A stretch of 32,738 bases of DNA. Source: Octopus bimaculoides (taxonomy: Eukaryota). How positions within the stretch are numbered: the first letter of the stretch is position 1; the number at the start of each line of letters is the position of its first letter. The notes beneath the pieces are model-generated. The model made no database searches, was not told the DNA's origin, and was given only the letters and a program-made list of their open reading frames with translations. Shown one piece after another: positions 23,290 through 32,738 of this stretch. The stretch spans positions 88,040,544-88,073,281 of the forward strand of contig NC_068983.1 of assembly GCF_001194135.2 (NCBI RefSeq), written 5' to 3'. Made by a program: the position numbers and the translations under genes.

Positions 23290-23838
23290 AACTTAAGTAC
23301 TATATCCTTACCTTCTTGGAGATTTTAGGTAAAATTATACGAATGTGTTCATCTGTTTTAATTTAATTAAATTCTATGTCTTTATGCAGCTGAGGATTGC
23401 TCTGCATTTAAATTGATGTAATGATTGCATTACTCAATTAAACGGAGTTGCATGAAACGACCGTCCTGCATTACCTCTGGATATCCTTGCTGCTTATTTT
23501 GATTTTAATCACCTTATTTTGAAATTGTATGGATAATACCGTACTAAATTCTGGTGCCTCAACTTAAGTACTATATCCTTACCTTCTTGGAGATTTTAGG
23601 TAAAATTATACGAATGTGTTCATCTGTTTTAATTTAATTAAATTCTATGTTTCTATGCAGCTGAGGATTGCTCTGCATTTAAATTGATGTAATGATTGCA
23701 TTACTCAATTAAATGGAGTTGCTTGAAACGATCGTACTGCATTACCTCTGGATATCCTTGTTGTTTATTTTGATTTTAGTCACCTTATTTTGAAATTGTA
23801 TGGATAATACTGTACTAAATTCTGGTGTCTCAACTTAA
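23290..23838. repeat. 271-bp tandem repeat: two copies plus 7 nt, starting at a gap edge
   Basis: Units start at 23290, 23561 and 23832 (AACTTAA); 11 substitutions by manual alignment, about 96% identity. Confidence 0.92.
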
Positions 23839-23844
23839 TTACCG

Positions 23845-24478
23845 TATTCATCTGAATCTTTCAACTCGGTAAAGTGAAAAAGTTGGAGAATTGGGCTCCA
23901 CCTGAACTCAATGAAAATCAGAAGCAGCAACGTTTGGAAGCCTGCATTATGCTACTCTCTCGTCTCCAAAATGAATCAATTGTAACATGTGATGAGAAAT
24001 GGATCCAGTACAACAATCGTAAACTTTTGACAAAGACGAGCCACCAAAACACTCCAAAAAGCAAAATTCATCAAAAGAAGCTGATGGTGTGTGTTTGGTG
24101 GTCTGGCACAGGTGTGATCCATTATGATTTCATTAAACCTGGCTCATCAATCACAGTCGAAGTATACTACAGCCAACTGGACCAAGTGATGCAGAAACTT
24201 ACAAAAAAGCCCAGCTTAGATTAGTCAACAGATCCACTCCTATTTTATTGCAACGCCAGACCATATATCACAAAAATGACATTGGAAAAACTACAGGAGT
24301 TGGAGTTGGGAGTTCTCCATCATCCACCATATTCAGCTGATCTTGCCCCCCACTGACTACCACTTCTTTCAGAATTTGGATAACTTTTTGATAGGAAAAA
24401 AATTTAATTCCGACGATGTTGTAAAACAGGCCCTCCAAGATTTTATTGACTCTAGGTTGTCAAGCTTTTACATTTCTC
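23845..24478 (+). mobile_element. Mariner (DD34D, Tc1/mariner) transposase remnant
   Basis: GKVKKLENWAPPEL (WVPHEL-like), IVTCDEKWI, KLMVCVWW, NARP (second catalytic D lost in a small deletion), HPPYSADLAPTDYHFF, KKFNS. No terminal inverted repeats are seen. Confidence 0.93.
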
Positions 24479-24670
24479 ATCTAGCTTCACTTACAAAGCA
24501 TGTGTCATCCCGAAGTTGTGTTGCCCCGTTCAGCCATACTGCAACTGCGCGCGCGCACACGCAAATACATTCGCGCCCGCACATACACACAAACACAAAC
24601 TCGCACGCACGCGCGCACACACGCACATACACATATATATGCATATACGTGTTTGTTTAAATTTATAGGC

Positions 24671-24986
24671 GGCGATCTTTCGGTACTAGACCCCATAACT
24701 TCTGGTGGTTGTGCGCACGCATACTGATTACATTATAAAATTATAAAACTGATTACACTATATAAATACAGGCCCGTAATTCAATTCTTGTTAGTATGAA
24801 TCAGGAAGCCCTTGGATGCAGAGAAGTTTGGAAATTACAATCTGTCTCTGTCTTCATTTTTCAATGCAGAGAGGTTTGAAAGAAATCTTTAATTTTATTT
24901 TCATTTTGCACACACACTTTGTAATGTAATTACTATACGTGCACACAACAACCGGAAGTTATGGGATCTAGTACCGAAAAATCGCC
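24671..24986. mobile_element. MITE-like/foldback element with 69-bp terminal inverted repeats
   Basis: 24671-24739 versus the reverse complement of 24918-24986: 60/69 identical; 178-bp non-coding spacer. Confidence 0.7.
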
Positions 24987-25842
24987 TTATATGTTTATAG
25001 GTATATAGTTTGATAAGGGCTAACGCGAGAAAGTCTTGGCCCTTGAGACGCTGTTACTTCTACTAAATATTAATAAGTATATGCTTGTATATAAATTATG
25101 TATGTATGTGTGCGTTTGTGTTTGTATAAGTATATATATATATATACATACGATACATTATTCACCGTAGCCTTAGTTTTTTACAATCTAGAATCTTATG
25201 ACTAAACCAAGCAAACTAACCCTCAGCATATCCATTTGACAATGCTGGTTTGCATAAAGCAAATTTGGAAGTAATAATACATGGCCCATCGTTTGTCGAC
25301 TGGTATTTCACAGACACTTCTTCAGGTAACGAAGCAACTTGGCAGGTATTTGACTACATCAATATATGTTCAAGTCGCGCAAGAACACGTGTTGTGGAAA
25401 ACTGACGTACGCTCTTAAGTAAGAGAAAATCTTTGTGAGGAATTAAAATAAATTGAATAAAAATCAGTCGACTAGAATACTACCAACAGCGGCAGCCACA
25501 TTCGATAGAAATAACAACTTTCGAATCGAAAACTATCATCTTCAGGACAGCATGGAAACTGTAATGATTGACAATCAAATGCCACCGAAAACTGTTTGTT
25601 CTAGTCTTTTTCCAGACTGAACAGAGCTCTTTCTTTCACCCATTGATTGACTGATTGATAAAAACAACACTGGGATTCCTAACAAATTGGTGAGGTTCTA
25701 CAGAAATGATACTGCTCCGTCTTCAATGTTCCCACTAATGTTGACTTCAACATTATCATTGAAGACAACCTCTTAACTAATCTACGCTGTTTAAGTTGGT
25801 GTTAACATCTCCTTTGGAATTCTCTCCTCATTTCGTCAACAG

Positions 25843-25916
25843 ATATGGTGGAATCATATTTGCTGAGGATGTCTAATACATCGGAACATGCCCGATGTTG
25901 TCTTCCATGTTTGAAG
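25843..25916 (+). CDS. Candidate internal exon (74 nt), ...MVESYLLRMSNTSEHARCCLPCLK, protein unidentified
   Basis: Pyrimidine-rich TTCTCTCCTCATTTCGTCAACAG acceptor and AAG|GTACAA donor; only one frame is open. Confidence 0.35.
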
Positions 25917-26305
25917 GTACAATTGATTAATGGCTAATATTGCCTAATCTCACCCATTAATTATTTCTAATTCGTTTTCTAATGATCTCTGCATTAAATG
26001 TTGACATCAACTGCGTTACATTAAGAAAGAGCTTCCTCGCTATTTTGCCTGTCTCTGAAGCAATACCAATAACTAATAAACACACACACAAACGCGCATG
26101 CGCACAAACTTTTCTCACTGTCTCTCCTTCTCCATCCTTTCACTATTTCTGCCTGACCTTCCTCTTCATTACTTACTCTTTCACACAATCCTCCGTCTTC
26201 TTTCTCTTTTACTTTTCTTTATTTCCCTCAACCTCACTCTGTCTCTTCTTGCTCTGTCCCTCTCACGATTATTCTTCCTCCTCTCCTTCTATCTTTTATC
26301 TTTTC

Positions 26306-26337
<32 letters not shown>

Positions 26338-26711
26338 CTCTCTCTCCCCCTCTCTTCCCCCCTCTCTCTCCCTCTCTTTCTCTTTAAGTGCATAGTTAAC
26401 AATCAGATTCAAGAATTTCCCATTCAGCGTCTGCTGCAAGTGACTCTAATGAAACACATTAATTAAAGATGAATAATTCAGTGTCAATAAGCTAGAAGAG
26501 GGTCATGTGAAGAAAAAAAAAAGAGAAAACAAAACAAATTCCCAGCTCTGTGTTTATCGTCTCTGCCACGTGACCAACAGATCGAGAATCTTCCATATAT
26601 TAACAGCTTCAATGAAAACAGCTTTAACTAAGTTTCTGTTTCTGTATGTGTATGTGTAATTGTATAAGTGTGCTAGTGTCTGAATGTATATGATTGTGTG
26701 TGTGTGTGTGT

Positions 26712-26777
<66 letters not shown>

Positions 26778-27774
26778 TATAGTCATCATTGATGGATTGC
26801 TAAATTTCGTTTGTAAGTTCGCTCGTGTTTTTAATCCAGTCTTACAGCTTTCTTATGCTGCTGATTTTGTTGATAGTTGTTAGAAGTAAAAGTGGTGGTG
26901 GTGGTGAGGTTCGTGTGTCCTGGTGTTTGTCGGATTTCTGCTGTTATTGTTGTTATTTTTGTTGTTACTTTTTAATGGTTGGGTTGGTTTTGGGGTTGGG
27001 GTGACTGGTTGCGGCGGCCGTGGCGATGCCGGTGGGGTCGATAGTACTGACGGTTACTGGCGTTTATTGTAAGGGTTAAATCCGAAATCCGAGGAACTTA
27101 GTGATTGCCCACCTTGATCTACACATACACAAGCACACATAAACAAATTCACATGCACTTGTCCCCTGTCCTTATACTAGGATCTATTGAATCGACAGGA
27201 TACATGATTACCCTGTCTACTCATATTGCTTGCGACTATGTTTCACTTGGCCAGTACCTATGCACGGTTTGATGCCCTGTTACAGCCGAGAATTTTCCTT
27301 TCAATATGTGCTACGTCTGTGAAGTTTAACTGTGTTTCTCTAGAACAAGTTTCAACTCTTGCTTATTTGGATCCATATGTAAACTGTGCAGTAGAACCAA
27401 ATTGCCATTAGTTGGGCTGTATAGGTCTGTGAAGTGCAGCTTTTTTGTTACCTACTTAACAGTTAGGAGAATTGGTCAAAGCTAGGTACTTCCCTCCTTT
27501 GTGATATCTAGTGATAAACAAATGGTCTCGCTATATTTTCGATTTATAATTATCCTAACTAAATAAGTAAGTAAATGGATCTCCGTCTATTTCTACAATG
27601 AGGATTCAATCGTTCGATGAACTGAACAAGCTGAATTAATGCATGATTGGCTGAATAGTTTCCTAGACACTGGTATCATTAAGGTAATCCACTGGTAAAA
27701 TCAATAGGATACAGCTGGGCCTTTGAATAACAGAGACAATTAAACTGTTGGGCTCCCATCTAATCAGTTTCATT

Positions 27775-27841
27775 CACAGAGCAGGGATCGAAACTAATAC
27801 CTCATGATTGTGAAGCAAATTACTAACCATTCGGCCACGCT
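27775..27841 (-). mobile_element. Isolated tRNA-derived SINE head remnant
   Basis: Minus strand GCGTGGCCGAATGGTTAG (A box) ... GTTTCGATCCC (B box-like). Confidence 0.55.
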
Positions 27842-28244
27842 ACGTTCTATATTGATTTAGATAGAATTATTTAGAACTGGGGAACATAATTGTGTGATAC
27901 AAAATTAAATGAAGTTAACAGCGAGCATCGAGGAGCTATACCACATTTATAGTTACTTCATAGAGTTCCAGGGAATGGATTAATTAAGGCTGTAAGTTGT
28001 ATCTAAGTGTGTTATTAATTATAGGTAAGTGGATAGTTCTATTTACAGGAATGTGTTTTGTCATGGACATAGTATAGAGGTCATATCAGGAATCGAACGT
28101 CGAATAGTCCGTTGTCATAGCAATTTCACCAGCTGCTGTTCTCTTGAACTACACATAGAGTTTATTTTACAATATGTTTGAGAAACTAGTGTATGGTCAA
28201 TGTGTAGAGAGCTGTATAAGGGGAAGAGGGATGGTGGTGGTGTA

Positions 28245-28326
28245 GAAGAAGAAGAAGAAGAAGAAGAAGAAGAAGAAGAAGAAGAAGAAGAAGAAGAAGA
28301 AGAAGAAGAAGAAGAAGAAGAAGAAG

Positions 28327-28355
<29 letters not shown>
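28245..28355. repeat. Perfect (GAA)37 trinucleotide tract
   Basis: 111 nt counted directly. Confidence 0.95.
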
Positions 28356-28357
<2 letters not shown>

Positions 28358-28651
28358 GGTGCAAGAGAAGACAGAAGAGAGTTATGGAGGTTACGATGTG
28401 AGAATGAATGAAAGTGTGCGGCAAATGTACAAACAACTTCATGGTTGACAGAATCTTACAAAATTATTAGCCAGAAGCGTTTAGATGTAAGAAATATGGT
28501 TACAAGCGATTGCGTTGGAACGCTTCGCTATTCTTTGATTTGGCAGAGATTCTACTGCTATAACTATTGTTCTCGTTTCATCCGAGAAGAGACAAGCGAA
28601 ACCTTTCTGGCATCCCATTGGTTTTGTCTTCTACTAATATAAATCATATGC

Positions 28652-28700
<49 letters not shown>

Positions 28701-29469
28701 NNNNNNNNNNNNNNNNNNNNNNNNNNNNNNNNNNNNNNNNNNNNNNNNNNNNNNNNNNNNNNNNNNNNNNNNNNNNNNNNNNNNNNNNNNNNNNNNNNNN
28801 NNNNNNNNNNNNNNNNNNNNNNNNNNNNNNNNNNNNNNNNNNNNNNNNNNNNNNNNNNNNNNNNNNNNNNNNNNNNNNNNNNNNNNNNNNNNNNNNNNNN
28901 NNNNNNNNNNNNNNNNNNNNNNNNNNNNNNNNNNNNNNNNNNNNNNNNNNNNNNNNNNNNNNNNNNNNNNNNNNNNNNNNNNNNNNNNNNNNNNNNNNNN
29001 NNNNNNNNNNNNNNNNNNNNNNNNNNNNNNNNNNNNNNNNNNNNNNNNNATATATACATACGTACATACATACATACATACATACATACATACATACGTA
29101 CATACATAAATATCTTAATACATTCATACATATGCATACAAGCACTCACACACAAACACAAATTCATTTCCCTATAGGTGTATATAGAGACGAAGCTGTA
29201 AGTAAAGAGTGAAAGCTGCAAGAAAAGAGTAAACTCACGTTGTTGTTTCAATTAACTGCTAAACAATTTCAGTCGTTATTAACCTTACATCACATAAGTT
29301 ATTAACCCAACAACATCATATGTTCTTTATGATATAAACTTATACTGTATCATATATCTAGATATAGTGAAGTCGCACATCAATCGTATGTAGTCATATA
29401 TACGAACTAAGAAGAAACTCAGAAATCATTTGAATAAGGATACCTTTGTTCGGTTTCCTTTCTGTTTCT

Positions 29470-29657
29470 TTTCTATCATAAGTACAAGGCCTAAAATTTG
29501 GTGGAAGCGATGCTAGTCGGTTACATCGACCCCAGTACTTGACTGATACTTATTTTATCGACTCCAAAATGATGAAAGTCAGAGTTGACCTCGACGGAAT
29601 TTGAACTCGGAACGAGTATTTTGTCTGGTGTATTAACGTTTCTGTCGGCTCACCACC
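29470..29657 (-). mobile_element. SINE family B, diverged copy
   Basis: ACAAGGC...ATCGACCCCAGTACTT...TACTTATTTTATCGAC...GATGAAAG...GTTGACCTCG...AATTTGAACTC is collinear with 21359-21573. Confidence 0.8.
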
Positions 29658-29953
29658 TTCGTCTTTCGAGAGATTGACATCTGCACTTGATTTTTAAAGA
29701 TACCATTTGTGAAGAAAATATGACACCCATGAAATATTCTTAGTGTCGATCTACTGCCCAAGACATCTAAATTACTGTTTCAATTCTCGAGTGAAGATGA
29801 TAGATTTAATCCGTTCCCCAGTCACCTTCTAGTCTGTGAGTGTTGCAAGCATTCGAACCACAACTCACTTCTAAGGATTGCTTGATACTTTGATGCACTG
29901 CTGCCTGCTGTTACAATCACCGAGTCATGGTGCTTTCCTTTCTTTCTCTTTAG

Positions 29954-30009
29954 CCACAGAGATTCTAGAAAAAGCTATGGAAGCGGCCATTGCTCAGATT
30001 AAGCCATAA
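29954..30009 (+). CDS. Candidate terminal coding exon, ...TEILEKAMEAAIAQIKP-stop, protein unidentified
   Basis: Strong acceptor TGCTTTCCTTTCTTTCTCTTTAG; helix-like peptide ends at TAA 30007-30009; unique sequence follows. Confidence 0.4.
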
Positions 30010-30702
30010 AAACGTGTGCCTGCGGGCCCAGCTATCAGAATATACCTTAACGAGAGTTAAATTCATTCTGTTAGAGAAAGATACCGTGTTGTGTTATTTA
30101 TTAAATATGAAACTGCTTAATGTTTGTGGATTCAGTGGATCTCGTCGTCTAACTATATCGACTACATAATGGACAATTATTTGTCTTGACCATAACACAT
30201 CGCGCCACAGCTGAGACGAGCCGCAGGTCATTCGGTTTTTTGTCCGACTTATTTTACTGGTTTACGTAGGAGAAATAACAAATTATTCTTATTTTCCAAC
30301 TTAGAATATACACAAGACTACACACTGTGAATTATTCAGTTGGTCATTCTATCACGTCAACCACTGCTCTATTGAGAGTTTACTGTTTCATCATCGTTTC
30401 AGCATCCTGTTAAACTCACTTCAAATCATTTAATGAGCAAAACTATTATTAACTTGCGTTTCTCAACGATTCGTGCTTATAAATATGGGATACACACTAT
30501 TAAAACCATAACTTTGTTATGATATAGCATGTTTAATAGAAAAAGGAACATATAATTCATTCATACTTTTGATATCTGACTTCAGTTTTAAAATGTTTCC
30601 TTCAGTATATTTATTTTGCTTTATGCATGTTAAAACCACTTTGAATGTTTGGTAAGGAAAATATGTATGTACATACATTTAAGTATACATGAATGAATAC
30701 TG

Positions 30703-30734
<32 letters not shown>

Positions 30735-30837
30735 TGTATGTGTGCGTGTGTATGAATGTGTATGTGTGAGCGCATGTATATATGTACGTATATTTTTTCA
30801 CTTTCTTACGCTTTAAATATATGAAGAAATGATACTT

Positions 30838-30884
30838 CACCGTCCATGGATGTCATATATACACCGTCCATGGATGTCATATAT
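30838..30884. repeat. 24-bp tandem duplication
   Basis: CACCGTCCATGGATGTCATATAT(A) twice. Confidence 0.9.
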
Positions 30885-32671
30885 GACTGGATGTCAATTC
30901 ATTCCACACAAGTTACACACGAAAATTGTTGAATTCACCTTAAACCAACAAGATTCTCACTAACTGTTACAGTATTGAAGTCGTTATATTTGCTACACGT
31001 TTATTCTTAGATCGACCTACAACGAGAGAACCTCTGATCAAAGGTCTTCCTGTTGTAGTCATTCCATTGTAGTCCAGACGGCATCATCTGTCCGATATTC
31101 TGTGAATTTGATCATCCATAGCATCAACTGCAAATAGGTAGGTAACATAAGAAGGCTCTCTCTCTCTTCCACTCAGACTTGACTAATACTAGAAAGCAAA
31201 TATACATGCACAAAAATAGCAGAAATATCGACAGCCTCGTTAACCATACACACTGTGATGGGATACACATCAACCATGTTAAGAATCGGATGAGTAGTAA
31301 CGGTCCGGTTCGGCTTTTGTCACCTAGAGTCTAGAAATGTAGAGAAATAGACTGGTCAGTAAAGAAATTGCCACCTGCCCGACCCCATTAAATCTCATAA
31401 AATAAACCTATGTATGACGAAGCGGGAACTACAGATAGATAGATCACCCCTACCATGGGTTTTCTCGATCAGGCCTTACCTAAGTTTACATATAACGACG
31501 CAAAAACAAAACCAAAAATTTGCGTTGGCATGCTTCAAAAACCTTTAACCTACACTTTGTAGTAGAGTTACAGATACACATCTTAGTTTATGGATCCTCC
31601 ACTTTCCCAAATACTCTCGAAGACGTGAACTTGCACATCCTCCCCCCACCCCCCACATCTGACTAAGGTCCGGGTGGGAAAAGAGAATTGAGTGTCTACA
31701 TTATCATCGAAATACAGAAGTAAAGTTGATGTTAATCTTTTTGTTTCTTTATCTTTCCCCACTCCCTTTTTTTTTCTGGATCAAAACTATCCAAACAACT
31801 GGTGCTTGTCTCTGCCCTCCTGGACATTGGGCGAATTAAGACATCAATCCTTTACTTTTCAAAATTAGACACTGCTATCGCCACGTAGAAACAGGCCCTT
31901 GTGCTGCAAACCAATGAGTTACCCGAACACTTTACAGAGGTGCTACAGCAGCTTATTCGAGCCTTCTTAGCCAGTGAAATTTTCATGGATTTTAATAAAT
32001 TCATGAAATTGCTATCAGTATAGCGCTGGATTAATTTTCGAACTTCCATCCTCTCATCCGAAATCCTATCGACCAGGTTAGCCGGAATATATTAGAATTT
32101 AAGAGATACTATAAATAATAGTGCATACCTCATACTGCACTTCGTCAATTTGCTGTCATAGGATGAACATATGGCCCACCCTTCAAAACTGCTGGGTAAT
32201 ATATGCACTAGTGCACGTCAAATAGTTGTTGCATGTACAGCAGAGCGAGTGAAAAACGAACTGCGTATAAATATACGAACTACTTTTATGTGCATGTACG
32301 TATGTAAGTAAAACGATTAGCATTTATGTATGTACGCGTAGCGTTTTCAAAGTTTGTGCGCAAGAAGTGAAGTGCGCAATGGTCGCAGATATTTGCAGAG
32401 GAGTCATTGATCTCGCACCAAGCATGCTAACTAAAAGTACTGCATACACAAATGAACATACATATCATTCATATGCATATTGACAAAAGAGCCATAGCAG
32501 TCCTTACATAGAACAATGCACGTAAAGGATGTTTGATGCCAGTTAGTCGCGTTCATTGAACAACTGCATAATATCATAGATGTTAGTGTTTACTTAAACA
32601 CCATAATAAAAAATATACGTGTGTACGCTTGTGTGCGTGTGAGTTAGTAATGTGTGTGGGCGAATGTGCAC

Positions 32672-32692
32672 ACACACATACATACATACATG

Positions 32693-32738
<46 letters not shown>
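32672..32738. repeat. (CATA)n/(TA)n microsatellite
   Basis: Read directly. Confidence 0.95.

Larger units (their letters stand above)
2093..29049. other. Nine assembly gaps: 2093-2847, 6568-7490, 12007-12480, 14068-14430, 16548-17327, 19784-20146, 22503-22512, 23109-23289, 28701-29049
   Basis: N-runs, each bordered on at least one side by a dinucleotide or tetranucleotide repeat. Confidence 0.99.

Noticed and set aside
27181-27490. Several short AG...GT segments as extra exons
   Set aside because: They have weak signals or in-frame stops and give mutually incompatible options.
28197-28448. Poly-E and poly-F ORFs
   Set aside because: They are translations of (GAA)37.
1991-29251. Long ORFs made mostly of X
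   Set aside because: They stay open only because they cross N-gaps.
31852-32049. Cys-rich 65-aa minus-strand ORF
   Set aside because: I recognise no family, there are no splice signals, and the plus strand has comparable short frames.

Overview
AT-rich, microsatellite-saturated animal genomic DNA with nine N-gaps. The repeat content suggests a cephalopod, probably an Octopus draft assembly (inference). No complete protein-coding gene is supported, and most of the ORF track is artefact from microsatellites and N-runs. The real content is a set of decayed mobile elements: two Penelope-like elements (PLEs) of different types, a Mag-type Ty3/Gypsy 5' half with LTR and a tRNA-Ser PBS, a CR1/L2-group LINE 3' end, two R4/Dong-like fragments, a mariner fragment, several tRNA-derived SINEs and a MITE-like foldback. 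The most notable structures are four. (1) A Pol III tRNA-like head, (AAT)n and a minimal hammerhead-ribozyme motif lie directly behind the first PLE. (2) A Gypsy RT is joined in the same orientation to a PLE RT through a 9-nt overlap. (3) A 109-bp tail-to-tail inverted repeat is built from a LINE 3' end, and a SINE in the window shares that tail. (4) A few candidate + strand exons of an unidentified host gene coincide with a strong minus-strand bias among the retroelements.
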